DNA of 63,988 bases, filler included, from Octopus bimaculoides (GCF_001194135.2; 6 parts of 6 records of this genome joined end to end with filler, not necessarily neighbours in it); one strand, 5' to 3'; shown: positions 37,246 through 51,779, numbered from the whole stretch's first letter. The notes: generated by a model not told the origin, from the letters alone. Numbers and translations are program-made.

Positions 37246-38060
37246 NNNNNNNNNNNNNNNNNNNNNNNNNNNNNNNNNNNNNNNNNNNNNNNNNNNNNNN
37301 NNNNNNNNNNNNNNNNNNNNNNNNNNNNNNNNNNNNNNNNNNNNNNNNNNNNNNNNNNNNNNNNNNNNNNNNNNNNNNNNNNNNNNNNNNNNNNNNNNNN
37401 NNNNNNNNNNNNNNNNNNNNNNNNNNNNNNNNNNNNNNNNNNNNNNNNNNNNNNNNNNNNNNNNNNNNNNNNNNNNNNNNNNNNNNNNNNNNNNNNNNNN
37501 NNNNNNNNNNNNNNNNNNNNNNNNNNNNNNNNNNNNNNNNNNNNNNNNNNNNNNNNNNNNNNNNNNNNNNNNNNNNNNNNNNNNNNNNNNNNNNNNNNNN
37601 NNNNNNNNNNNNNNNNNNNNNNNNNNNNNNNNNNNNNNNNNNNNNNNNNNNNNNNNNNNNNNNNNNNNNNNNNNNNNNNNNNNNNNNNNNNNNNNNNNNN
37701 NNNNNNNNNNNNNNNNNNNNNNNNNNNNNNNNNNNNNNNNNNNNNNNNNNNNNNNNNNNNNNNNNNNNNNNNNNNNNNNNNNNNNNNNNNNNNNNNNNNN
37801 NNNNNNNNNNNNNNNNNNNNNNNNNNNNNNNNNNNNATATATATATATATAAGGAGTTAAACACAAGTGTTATTAAATTTTTTTTTGCATGCGCTAAAAC
37901 CAAAGAATTTTCTCACCTTGAAAGGTATACGTGATGTCAAAAATTAATTGTATATTTGAAATTAGCATTAAAATCTACACTAAATACACCTTGACATATG
38001 CTTGATAAAAAAGTACTTGTTGACCAGTGTAATTTTTGATCCTTGAATATGCGTATACAG

Positions 38061-38270
38061 TGTTATAAGAATACTAAATAGAAACAGCGGCATTAACAAA
38101 GACACGCCGAACCAACAATCAATTACGAACCAACACACCGACTCGAACTGTAAATTGTAATTGGACTTCGAACACCAAACTACGAACTACCGACTACATC
38201 GGACTGCTACTATTTATATGTAGTGATCCAATCTATTCTCATCAGAGGCTGTTGTACTCTCTCCACAACA
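38061..38270 (-). mobile_element. Possible solo LTR (~210 bp)
   Basis: TGTT...AACA termini and minus-strand TATAAATAG; no matching TSD or PBS seen. Confidence 0.35.
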
Positions 38271-39259
38271 CTATCATAAGCATAGAGCGCTCTGGTTAAC
38301 GGCTAGTAAAATCCGGGCAAGACAATTCGTGAATAACAGCAGTAGAAACAGCAGCAGAAGAGGTAGAAGCCGCATAAGCAGCATTAGCAGCAGCAGCAGC
38401 CCTGTAGCTGTTGACCAGACAATTTACTGCTGGAAAGATAAGGTTGCGTTAGTTTTGAAGGTAACGAAAGCTATTGCTAAGCGTTTTCCAATTTGATAGA
38501 CTCAGGAGAAATGTATAGATCAGTATCCGTTCCTTTATATAACATTAGTGGATTATATAAATTCATCAGGCATAGATAAAAAGATGATTTTTATTTCTGT
38601 AGTGTTCTTGCATAATCCTTTTGTTAACTCATGTTAGTGCATATACTACACTAAATTATGATGGCATACTGGCTAGTATTAGGAGAAACTGAGAGTTATA
38701 CGTATCATTTTCTCTTATAATAGTGATAAACTCTTTGTGTCTTAGCGTCTACTCTTTCTAATATCATAATATATGCAGTATGTGAAGATTTGACAAGAAA
38801 TGGGGTTCATACTCTCAGAAGACCCATTACCAGCAAATTCAAAGGTAGAGACGTTGGACTATAGTCTTTCATAGAACACATAGAGGCGAAACAGTCACTG
38901 ATATACATGAAGGAAGATTTATAGCCTCTCATAAAACCTGTAATGTTTTGAGTTTTGAGGTTGCAGTGTATATAATGTCTTTTTTTAGATTTGTGAACAC
39001 AATGATTTTACTTAGGTTACTATCGTTACATCTCATATTTTACCTGCATTCAATGTTTTTAGGGGTTGTGGGGTTGTGGCGAAGAACGAAAGAGCTAACC
39101 CCATTTAATTTATCTCAGCACTTGATGGGAATTTATTTTATGAATCCTTGCAGGATTCGCCCCAATAGAATTTGGACTCAGAATATAAATAAATGCAATT
39201 TACCCTGCAGGGCATTTTTGTTCTCATATCAACTCACATAGTAGTGATAATGATAAAGC

Positions 39260-39261
<2 letters not shown>

Positions 39262-39319
<58 letters not shown>
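39262..39319. repeat. (TAA)n microsatellite
   Basis: Direct reading. Confidence 0.98.
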
Positions 39320-39321
<2 letters not shown>

Positions 39322-41161
39322 CTTATGATGATAATGATGATCATAAAACTCGATGATGAACTCTAATTAGAAAACCAGTAGTAATGTTTGGTGACCGTAC
39401 ACTTCATGCACGCAACTCCAATATATTGCTGACTGTTAATTGATCTATAATGTAAGTATCAAAGACTAAATTTACCCTGGTCACAAATGCAGTCGGAGCA
39501 TGAATTTTGCTACTAAATACACCAAGGGGATTTGTCCACTAATATACCAATTCTGGCTTTCATATTTTAAATCAATACAGTACAAATTGAAAGAAACACA
39601 TCATGTAAATGAGACACACTTATTGATGCCCGGTCATGCATTGAAATCATGAAGTAACACTAATGATGTGACGGTAATGATAATAACAATAGCAATAAAA
39701 TCAATGCTAAATATAATATGATGATAAAAAAATACGACAAAAAAATAACTTACAGAAACGAATACAAGGAAATAATAACAAAAAAATAACAGAAAATTAA
39801 TTCAGAGTTTTATTATTAATTTCAAAACCACAATCCTGATTACATTCGGCCTGGATCAAATGTGCTTTGAAAATATTTGCTCAAAATAATTAGGTGCGAA
39901 GAAGATCAATAAAAACGAAAGATAAAAATTGAGTTGTGAAGAGATTGAGGATAAAAAGAAGGGAATGTGTTTGTAAAAACATGTGAGAGAAGAGATATAG
40001 GAAAATATTTTCTTTTTCAGCATTGATGTGTAAATCTCAAAGGATATTTAAAATTACAAATACAATTATGTCGACAGTATTGCATGGAAATTACTGTGAA
40101 CATATTTTTTAATGTTTTATTTGGAATTAGTTAATAATTTTACAATTTATTTTGTAAGTTTTATCATTCAACATATAGGTTTATAATACAAATATTTTTC
40201 GAAGTAGGAAGAAGCCCAATTGAGGAATGTTTATTGCTTATCTATCAATATTGACAACAACGAATGCTTATATGTATGTTTGTATTAGTGATTTATTTAA
40301 AAGATAAAAATCTAACATAAGATTTTCTATAGTACTGACTGGTACCTTTTATCGGCAAACATGTAATAATGGCATAACTATGAAACATTCAAAGAAAGTT
40401 TAATGTGAGAAAACAGTCTTCTTATCACTACACACACAAACATACAGACACATACATGCATCATGCAGGCACATCACACACAGACACACACACCTCAACA
40501 CACACGAACGCACACATATACAAACATACATAAATGTATTTATACATAATATATAAGCATATACACATGAAATATTTATGTATATACGCACAAACACACA
40601 CATGTATACACAAAACATACATGTATGCAGACATACATACATTCATACATACATATATGCACGCATATATATATATATATATATATACTAAAGCAGAAAT
40701 GAAAAGGCAAGCGGCTTGGCAAAATTTGACGTACATACATACATACATACATACAAATATACATGCATACATCCAGAAAGAGAGACAGACATACATACAG
40801 ACAGACAGGCAAACAAAATTAATACCACTACGACATGAATTTGCTTATTGAATTCAAAAACAATAAATCTTAAAACTCTCGGCACATATATGTTTACTTG
40901 AAATCGTGGTTAAATGAGAAACGAAATCGATACAATATTTCCAGAAATAATGCATTGTGATATTTCGGGACATAATCTAGGCACACAGAGATCCGTTCAT
41001 GACTATATCACATTTATAGAAATAGAAATTCGAAAAAATAGGACCATCTTAGTTTGATAGCCATTTCAATCAATCATGTGTGTTGGTTTTATACAAATTG
41101 CGACTACTACGGAATAACACATATTGTAAAATAAATTTGCGTGCATGTGTGTGTATGTTTG

Positions 41162-41270
41162 TGTAGCGAGAATTTACAAAAAAAGAACAAAAGCAAAATA
41201 CGAAGACGGGTGTGTAAACAACAAAAAGATATATTAGTTTAACGCTCGGGAAGTGAAAGTCTTTCACGTT
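41162..41270 (-). mobile_element. Family H1 3' half, truncated at the hammerhead stem III
   Basis: Reverse complement AACGTGAAAGACTTTCACTTCCCGAGCGTTAAACTAAT matches 5929-6030. Confidence 0.8.
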
Positions 41271-41578
41271 ATATATATATATATATATATATATACAACA
41301 CATATCGTAATATATTTGTGTGCGTATATATATCTATATATNNNNNNNNNNNNNNNNNNNNNNNNNNNNNNNNNNNNNNNNNNNNNNNNNNNNNNNNNNN
41401 NNNNNNNNNNNNNNNNNNNNNNNNNNNNNNNNNNNNNNNNNNNNNNNNNNNNNNNNNNNNNNNNNNNNNNNNNNNNNNNNNNNNNNNNNNNNNNNNNNNN
41501 NNNNNNNNNNNNNNNNNNNNNNNNNNNNNNNNNNNNNNNNNNNNNNNNNNNNNNNNNNNNNNNNTATATATATATATA

Positions 41579-41624
<46 letters not shown>

Positions 41625-41664
41625 CATATGTGTGTGTATACGTAGGTAGATAGATAGAGACTGG

Positions 41665-42030
41665 GCTAAGAAGCTTCTAAACCGCGTGGTTCCAGGTTCT
41701 GTTCCACTGCGTGGAACCTTAGGTAAGTTCTTCTATTATACCTTTGGGTCGACCCAAAGGTATAATAGAAGAACTAAAGCATTGTGAGTGGATTTGGTCG
41801 ACGGAAACTGAAAGAAACCTTTCGTACATGTATATCAGTTTGTGTGTCTTTGTGTTGGCGTTTTCCCCATCACCAGTGTTGGTTTGTTTATGTAGTGGTT
41901 TGGTAAAATATACTAGTAGAATAAATACTAGGCTTAAAAAGTAAGACCCGAGATCGATTTCTTCGATCAAATCCCTAGAAGACGGTCCCCCACGATAACT
42001 ACAGTCAAATGACTGAAACAATTAGAAGAA
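41665..42030 (+). mobile_element. SINE family C
   Basis: Same motifs as 16684-17057. Confidence 0.85.
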
Positions 42031-43928
42031 CAAATATATACATCGATATTCACATATATACATAATAAAACTCATATAAATTAAATGACTTATATAAGTA
42101 ATCAGCCAAAGTTAGGCCCAGGCCATATCCAACTTTATAACACCAACTGATAGGAAACGTTAAGTCATTTTAAAGTCACGTTTGTGGTATCATGGCTCAT
42201 TTAAGTAATGAGTTGTTGACTTAGATGTATCCAGGTTTAGTTGGTCTGTCTGGTATCCCTTGAAGAGAGCTTTCCAGATTTTGTTTGAAGGTGAGGGGAT
42301 TTTTTTCTTCTTTGATTGGTTTTGGGATAATAGGCTCTGCTGGATTGAAGAAAGGAAATTGTGTTGCAGAGAATGTATGTGTTGTGAGCCTGAATAACGT
42401 ATGATACGTGGTTCAGGATCGATGTTTAGAAATTAACAAGAGGTTACAGAGGGTTTGATGTTATAAATACTGAAAACTATTGCAACTATATCTCAAAAAA
42501 TGTAACGTATAAATAACATTCATTTGAAATATATTTGTCCTAAGTTTTCGATATGCGAACTTTTATTAGTGCATATATTCAGAATTTTACTTAGCGTTAA
42601 GTAAATTTCATACATTTGAAAGTAATTTGCAATCCTTCCTTACTCACTTCTTTCTTATCAGAAAATGAGAGATTATATACTTCGGTTCGAATGATTTCTG
42701 TAACACATGCACTGCTCTGCATACATAGACACCATCTATCCAAAAAGATATTGTTCTAAAAAGATACAAACATCAACAACAATAAGAAAAATAGCGTTAA
42801 GACGGAATGCATCATGGTGATCGCAGACCACATGCATTTATAAAGCACTTAATGCATTTATAATGCACTTTTAGAGTTAGCCTCATAGTAAAAAAGCAAA
42901 ATAATAATAACAAAACAGGATACGCACATATTTATTGATCCTGAAGACTGCGTCACTTATTTTGGATCGAAGTCTTGGCTTCCAGATCGAAGTGCATGAG
43001 GAGGTTACTGCAAATCTTAGAACTGGGTCTTCCCGTATTAGTATAGAAAATAGTTTTCTATACATTGTTTACTCCAAGTCCAACTTTTTAGTATCTTGGA
43101 AGTTTTGATTCTAAACGACTCTCACTCTGTTTCACTATTTTACTTTAGTTCGATAAGGATATCAGTTTTTGATAACTTCTCCTTATCAGTACGTAGTTTG
43201 GGTGGGGGTAGTTCATTTTTCTTTGTGTGTTTGCTGGTACTGCAACTGTGAAGGTTGTAGCTGTGGATTTGTCTATGCTTCGTATATATATATATAGAAA
43301 AAGTGTCTTGTTTTATTGTAATTTGGTTTCTAACAAGATGTTACTAACAAGATGAAATTTCCACGTCAGAAAAATCTGCTGCGAGTGACGGTCGTGGTGT
43401 TTTCGCGTTCATGTGTGTGGGTGTGTGTGTGTGTCTGTGTGTGTGTGTGTGTTTGTGAGTGTTTCATAGAGGGAGAATAGTGTGCCTAAGAGATGTTAGG
43501 TTGGAAGTTTCCTGGGTGGAGGCTATTAATCCTGTTATCAATACAGAAGTACCTGGTGCTGCTGTATTACTTTGGATTGCTGCTCCAATTGATATTGTTG
43601 TTGGTGTTGTTAATGCTGCTGTTTTACTTGTTCTCTTTACTACTACTTATGCTGTTCTTGCTGTACGTTCCACTTATTTTCTTTGAAGACACAAAGCTAT
43701 TTAAGTGGCATTCCATCATGAACGTGTGCTCTGAACAGAAATACGCAGCTTCAGTATCATGCAGGTGATTAATTTCTGAGATATTTCCCTTCTCCCACGA
43801 TTTGGTTTCTCCCATAAAACATCTACTCAGCAGTGTGGTTAACTTTGAGGTGGTTGTTGCGACTCTTCACGAAAACACAAACAGTCACCACTAATGCAGC
43901 ACTTGTGGAACTTGATCTAACATAACAC

Positions 43929-43967
<39 letters not shown>

Positions 43968-43989
43968 TAAATATATAAATGAACACAAT

Positions 43990-44860
43990 GTCACAAATGA
44001 GACTTGGGGAGTAACTCAATGCGATGGTTTCCTTTTTGAGAAGGATCTTTATGTTCCTGAACTGTCACACTTTAGTTTCAATTTCTATGTTTGCTCGTAT
44101 ATCTGCGAGTTTAATTCCTATCGTAATGTCTACTACTGCTTCTAATTGTTGGACATTAGTCGACACCCATGAATAGAGTACTGCTTTCTGGGCAGATGAT
44201 CCAAGCTTTTCAGTTGTGATAACAGCCTGGGTTCTGTTGCAGTTTACGTTCACATGGTCTGCCGCCTGTTTTGAGGCATTCCTCCTAGTTGCTTAGATAA
44301 AAGGAGTATGTTGTTCATTTCATCCTCATGCCAACAAAATATTAAGTGCCAATAGAGTTGATTGCATAACGCACTTTGCCATTGTCGTTGATGTTACTCT
44401 TGCTCTTGTGATTGGTGTGGCTTTGATTGTTGTTGTAACATTTGGAAGAGGAAGTTGAGAGTAGAGAGGGAGGTACTCCATTCAAGCATGTTTAACGAAA
44501 TATGGACGAGAGCGACATGACTTGTAAGGCTGAATGAGTTTATACTGATTATGCTTTTCTGGGTAGATAACTAGGTAGAAAACTCTTGAAGACAAATGAG
44601 TAATAATGGGCTTCTTGTGGGTCTTTTCTCCCAATTTTTCCAGGGGGCTTTCCTCAATATTTATCTTTCTGTAGTTTATTCAACAGCTTTTTTGCTGTTT
44701 CTGTATTGCTGTTGATTCTTCACAACATCGATGTAACCCTACCGGTCTGTGCACTGTAGTTTGTCTTTTGATGTTCTTCACAGTGTCTTGAGCATTTTTG
44801 GCTATATGTACTATTTAGACTTTTTTAAAAGCTGTTAGTCTGTCTTACAATAATCTGTTT
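43990..44860 (-). mobile_element. Possible ancient RTE-like C-terminal remnants
   Basis: AVLYSW..GIKLADIRANIEI and KKLL..GKPPGKIGRK weakly resemble RTE C-terminal motifs. Confidence 0.3.
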
Positions 44861-47854
44861 CACATACACACGTATTTCTGCGCCGTGAGTATAGCATCAT
44901 TTACTCATCCTCCTACTTCTCCTCTTCCGCCTTAATGTTCTTTCTCTCTCACGTTTACTTTTGTTATCTTTAACGCATTGCCTATAACCAAGCAATCAAC
45001 GTCGACATCGTAGGTCAAATCTGACTAAAACGCCAATTCACTCTTTTTCCGCTCTCTCTCTGCATTATGTAGAACATTAATGGAGAAATCATTCAACAAA
45101 CTGTCTTATTCATTGGCTATTATTGTGTGGAGACGTTTCTCTAATTTCTTCCCTCCCCGATTCAAGGCAAACATATTTATCGCATTCTGAGAGATATGAT
45201 TTACAGTTTTCTTATAGTCGTTTTAATAAACTTACAAATATATATTTTTTTGTGATATGAAATAATACATTGTTTCTCAATAAGAAATACGGCAGTTACG
45301 GTCACAGGCAAGTTTGCACAAAATATATATTATACTTGGTTATATTCGATATATTACGTTTATTACAACTTTGTTAATACAACGGGTGCTGTGCTGTCAA
45401 TAGAGATGTTCAGATATCTTCCGATTGAAGTGGAGCACAATTTAAGTTCATGAAAATTATTTATATCTCTTTAATGAAAATTTATAATAAATCATTATCA
45501 ATATCCCAATAAAATACCATAAACACCAAAATGCGAGTTAATTTGAATCGAAAATATACTGAAGCGAAATTTGTCAATAATTATCTGGTTCGTATCGAGT
45601 TAATTCTTATCATTAACATCCGCAGAAAATAATTGACGCATAAGGAAACGTATATATGATAAATGTATTTGAATTTCAGCTTCTGGTTTCTTTTGACGAC
45701 AAAAGTGCTTATAACTATTGCATACAATATCTCATATTTTATTAGAAATACTTATTTACATGGAATGCGAGCAATTAGTTTATCTATAACAATCAAACAA
45801 ATGTTCAGATCGGAAATTATTTAAATACATTTGTCTACACAATATATATCGATGAGTACGACATTCCTCATATTAAAATTGTTTTACCTTTCATATGTTA
45901 ATAACGAGAAAATATTAATTACATTAATACACACCACTATAAGTGCCTTATTTTCTGTTGGCATAAATCTTAGGATGCGGTTCGTTGCAAATTTCACAGT
46001 CAGAAATGTGTAATACCGATGATAAATCAATCCTTATAGAATTGTTGTGAAATGCGAATATTGAAAATGAATATAATTTGAACAGATCTTAATAGTGTGT
46101 CGAAAATGCACATATAAGAGAAGTGTATTCATATATCAACGGTTGTTCCAAAGAAAACTTCGTATTATCAGACATCGTAAATATTTGAAATCAATGACAA
46201 GAATATTGTTTTAATTCAATATATATCAGAGTGGAAGTTAGTCATATATTACGAATAAAATAAAGGTAATTTACTTGCACTAGCATAATCTAACATTTTG
46301 TTTTATCATCGCTACATTTGCATATATGTTTTTTTTAGCAAAACACTGCAAAAACGTAACTGAGTTTGATAAAAAAAAAATCTATCAGTCTTCTCCGAAT
46401 TAAATCCTTATTGATAATTGGTATAATGTATTGTGGGCAAGGTCATATTTTACTTACTTCTCCATTTTCGTAAACTTACGTTTACACACAAACTGATCTG
46501 CATAAAAACACAAATACACATGAATAATCATGTATATATATTTTGTCACTCTTTCTCTCACCGCCCCCCCCCATATATATATATATATATATACATATAA
46601 ATATGTACTATACATCTATTTGTATAATGTGTCCGTTTTATTAGATATTTATATTGAATATAGAGTTAGCACGTCTAGATACATAATTTTATGGTTGATG
46701 TAGCATCTTCCAGAATATCTATAGTTCATTGATCACTTCATCACAGTCAGCGATTAAATATAAATCTATACTCGACAGCAAAACCAATTCAGCATTCAAT
46801 ATCGAAATTAAATATATTTTAGAGAGTTTCAAACTAAAATTATTCAGTTTCCTGGTCAGACGCAATATCTAACAATTTCTCTCTATATATATATGAAATA
46901 ACAATTTCATAAATTTAAATTTCGCCTGAGAACATGTATGATAAATCTTCAGATATCGTGTTAAAATTAGCTTTATAAAACTATTTCCTATTGATTTCGC
47001 ATTAGTTTTTTTTAAGCAACATCTTTATTATACTTGCTCATAGTTATTTATAAAATATATACAAAACCATACTCAGAGAAACACATACACTCACACATAA
47101 ACACGCATGATCGTGAACATAAATATGCACATATGTGTATATCCGTCTAAGCGTGTACATACACACACACACTGATATATATATACGTATATATATATAT
47201 ATATATANNNNNNNNNNNNNNNNNNNNNNNNNNNNNNNNNNNNNNNNNNNNNNNNNNNNNNNNNNNNNNNNNNNNNNNNNNNNNNNNNNNNNNNNNNNNN
47301 NNNNNNNNNNNNNNNNNNNNNNNNNNNNNNNNNNNNNNNNNNNNNNNNNNNNNNNNNNNNNNNNNNNNNNNNNNNNNNNNNNNNNNNNNNNNNNNNNNNN
47401 NNNNNNNNNNNNNNNNNNNNNNNNNNNNNNNNNNNNNNNNNNNNNNNNNNNNNNNNNNNNNNNNNNNNNNNNNNNNNNNNNNNNNNNNNNNNNNNNNNNN
47501 NNNNNNNNNNTATATATATAAATAAACAAAAATAAGTTATTGCATTATATCAGTGAGCCATTATGAAGAAAAAGATCAAAACTGATTTTACAGCAACAGA
47601 ACAGATTTCATCAACTCTTGTTTTGCCTTCGAACTGAATTTCCTTTGCGTTAACGAAAAAAATTAAAATACGTTCTGTATTTGACGTAAAGGAAATTTTC
47701 TGGGAGAATTTCAAGACAACAATCTACTTTTAATAATTGACGTGGAAGTTTTCTCTTTCTACTTTTTAAAGTAATCTTTTATTTGTATCATTGAAATATT
47801 TCTGTATTGCGTGTATATCCTAATAAAAGAAATATCAAAAAACAGAAATTTACC

Positions 47855-48410
47855 GGAACTGTTAATCAATCATGTTGACAGATGTAATCCGTTTGGGATT
47901 ATTTGAATTATTAACGAAGTAAACATCTGAAACCTAATAAACAAACTTTTTAACATTACTTTCATAAATCTGTAAATACTCGAAAATAAGCATAAATAAA
48001 TACACATACTTGCTCATCAGTAGAATTTCTCTTTGAAAGCAAATGCTTTACAAGTGAAAATCACAACATGCATATGTTACAAAATGCAGACATGTATTTC
48101 GATTATAATTACTGGTGCAAAGGATGAAATATATCAGAGAAGTAGGAATCGTCTAGCTCTCATAATGAGCTAATCACGTGTAAATCATAAACATTAAAAA
48201 CTAGATATAAAATATAAATCTAAGTTTGAATTACACAACATCACCTTAGACATTACATATTATTTATTTCAATATCACTGTCATCTCTTTCTTTTTTTCC
48301 GAGCATAATATAAAGCAATATTACATAATTGTTTTCATAGTTCCTTACAACGTTTCTAATAATAAAGTTGCTGCTTATAAGAATATTTCGGCTAAATCTT
48401 CAACGTATGA
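47855..48410. repeat. Diverged direct duplication, copy 1
   Basis: Aligns with 50354-50840; 2 mismatches in the first ~76 bp, then decaying. Confidence 0.93.
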
Positions 48411-50353
48411 TGTAAATTATTGCCTCATGCATGTAAATTATGTAGATAATTACTTACCACTTCTAAATTTCCTGCTTGTGGAGTTACATATGATAAAGAA
48501 AGTGAAATCAATGATTCAAAATGTTTAGAACGCTATATAAGTATAATCATTTCAAACGATAAACATTCATTTGGAGCAACGTTGCACGATTTCCTACCTC
48601 ACGCTTCCAAATATTGTAAATCCCGTAATTTATATATACAAAATTGGAGCTACCTTCACAAACAGACCTCAAGGTGCTATTGTTATTCATTGATTCATAG
48701 AATAGTTGGTGTAAGGTTGCATTTTACTCATTTTAAAGAAATGATTACTATTCCACTTTAAACATTGAATTCATCCGTGACATCAAAACTTTGCAATGAC
48801 ATCTGGCTACTTTCTTGAATCATGAAAGTAATAATATTTTATTGAGATTTCTATAATATGTCCATATCAATATTTGTAAACACACATACCTGCATGAAAA
48901 TAATAAAGATTCATTCAATTTATAGGGTAATAAAACAATATAGATTAATTAACATAAACGGGGCAATTAGCAATATGAAATATAAATTTTATGTTATTTA
49001 GTTTAATGCGGCAATAATTCAAGTGTAATTTTTCCTATATCACTGTATTATTCTAGAAGCGAATTATCTTTCAAATAAATCAGGAAAAAGTAATAAAACT
49101 TTGAACGTGTAATTGTAAATCATATAACATTGAAGAATCTAAACAAATACGCGAAAATAAAAACTATTAAATCAGTTCTGCCCCTTGTACGTAGAGGGAA
49201 ATGATTTCTTATATAATGTGATTAGCAGTATTTCGGAGAAATGATTCAAAATGTATTTCCACCTCTGTCACACTTCAAGAGAAATTTCTCAAAAATGGCA
49301 TCTCAATTCCATCTTTAGAAATATTCAGACAAGTCTTGTTTTTCCCGGGATTATGAGATAAATTCTCCATTATACTTTACAAAGTTAACGAGAAGCACTG
49401 TATAGTTAAGAGCTACAAATAAGTTCATGCACTGGTCTAGACATGTTTTTATTGTACGTCGAATGTTTGCCATACAATCTTAGACTCTCATCTCTTGTTG
49501 TAAATCAGGACAGTAGAAGAAGAGAAGTTACGACAAAAAAAGAACAAAAAAAAACGAGAAGTTGGACGCTAAAAGTGGAAGGCTGGAAAAAAAAAGAAAA
49601 CAAAGGAAAGAGAGAAAAGAAAAAAGAAAACTAAGGCTATGTACAACCGTCATAAAGTTAGTTGTTGCAGAATTAATGAAGAGGGATCTGCAATACTGCT
49701 TCTCAATTCGGAGAGAGCGGTGCCCTTCAATTTGGCAAAAGAAACTTGTGCACATGTTTAAATTTTCCACCAATTACTGATCTGGAATTCAACAGTGCGA
49801 TGGGAATCTTAGCTCTAAAATGATATATGATCTTTCAACTCGCATTTCTTAGATCCACTGGCATATGGCATGGATTCGTGTCGGTTATTCCACTTGAGTG
49901 TATATGGCGTGGAGTTGATCATCAAACTCCACAGGTGGAAAACCATCTTCGTAGCTTTCATTTGCTCCATTTGCTGGAATTAATGTTGATGGTTTGCATA
50001 GCGAAAGATGTGTAGACATGTGTAAGTGTAATTAGAAGGCTCGTAACCGAGAAACATGAAAAGAAAATGTGATTAATATCATATTTACGCTTTGGGGAGA
50101 TCCCCAAATGCTCAAACAATGGTAAATTCAAGTATTGAATTACGCAGCGAGGAAACGCGGAACGTGTGACGTGGAAGAGCTAAGGAAAATGGAAGCGGGA
50201 AAAGTATGAGAATGATGAGGAAGGTATTTAAAAGAAGAGATACATGCGCATGTGCCCGTGTGTATGCGTTGGAGAGGAAAAGAATCAGTGTCAGGTAAGA
50301 TATTAAATAGAATTGCCAAATATAAAAAAAAATGAGCGAGAAGTCTAGTGTAT

Positions 50354-50840
50354 GGAACTGTTAATAAATCATGTTGACAGAAGTAATCCGTTTGGGATTA
50401 TTTGAATTATTAACGAAGTAAACATCTGAATTCTAATAAACAAACTTTTAAACATTATTTTCATAAATCTGTAAATACTTGAAAATAGCCATAAATAAAT
50501 ACGCAGTCTTGATCAGCAATAGAGTTTCTCTTTGAAAGTAAATGCTTCAGAAGAGAAAATAACGACATTCAACATTCATATGTTACAAAATACGGACATG
50601 TATTTCGATAATATACAAACACGTAAAGTATACAAATATTAAAAACTACATAGAATATAAATCTGATATACGACTACACAGCATTATGTTAAATACTATA
50701 TACATTTAAATTTTCAGTAACAGCATCATATCTTTTTTTTCAAAACAAGAGATTTTACATAATTATTTTAACATTTCCAACGACAATCTTATTTATAATA
50801 AACATACCGCTTATAAGAATATTTCGGTTAATTCTTCCAA
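50354..50840. repeat. Diverged direct duplication, copy 2
   Basis: See copy 1. Confidence 0.93.
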
Positions 50841-51025
50841 GTACAACATCGAATGTGTAAACATAAAATGTGTAAATCTTTATTTATATCTTTCAAAAAA
50901 CACTCGTAAATTTTATTTGGTACTAACCTTGTTCCATGTTAAATTATTCAATCTAAACATTTTTTTATTCATAAACCGCTATTATGCAATATGTGAATTT
51001 TAATTGCCGAATTTAATTTTAATAG

Positions 51026-51091
51026 CTAAAGGAAGCTGAAACACGTGACAATATTGAGTGTCACAGCTGCGATGATATACCTCACACTCTG
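51026..51091 (+). CDS. Candidate exon fragment LKEAETRDNIECHSCDDIPHTL (runs into a gap)
   Basis: T-rich tract and TAG acceptor at 51023-51025; only the phase-0 frame is open; CxxC motif. No donor visible. Confidence 0.25.
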
Positions 51092-51489
51092 NNNNNNNNN
51101 NNNNNNNNNNNNNNNNNNNNNNNNNNNNNNNNNNNNNNNNNNNNNNNNNNNNNNNNNNNNNNNNNNNNNNNNNNNNNNNNNNNNNNNNNNNNNNNNNNNN
51201 NNNNNNNNNNNNNNNNNNNNNNNNNNNNNNNNNNNNNNNNNNNNNNNNNNNNNNNNNNNNNNNNNNNNNNNNNNNNNNNNNNNNNNNNNNNNNNNNNNNN
51301 NNNNNNNNNNNNNNNNNNNNNNNNNNNNNNNNNNNNNNNNNNNNNNNNNNNNNNNNNNNNNNNNNNNNNNNNNNNNNNNNNNNNNNNNNNNNNNNNNNNN
51401 NNNNNNNNNNNNNNNNNNNNNNNNNNNNNNNNNNNNNNNNNNNNNNNNNNNNNNNNNNNNNNNNNNNNNNNNNNNNNNNNNNNNNNNNN

Positions 51490-51520
<31 letters not shown>

Positions 51521-51779
51521 GGGAGTGTATATATGAATGTTATATACGCATACCTATTTGCACACACATACACATACGCACATATAGATATATATATATA
51601 TGTATGTATGTATCTAATTATACACACACACATATGTACATATGTGTGTGTCTGTGTGTGTATAATTAGATACATACATATATATGTGTGTGTGTGTGTG
51701 CGTGTGTGTGTGCGTGTGTGTATATATGTATGTATGTATATGTGTGTGTGTGCTTATATATATGCGTTGCGTGTATATA

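Noticed and set aside
38840-38905. GCGAAACAGTC hammerhead half-motif (similar half-motifs near 28535, 42155, 45075 and 54510)
   Set aside because: No properly placed CUGANGA with pairing stems.
43500-43690. CAG/CAA-rich tract suggesting poly-Q coding (also 38330-38400)
   Set aside because: The Q-rich frames contain stops; no splice support.
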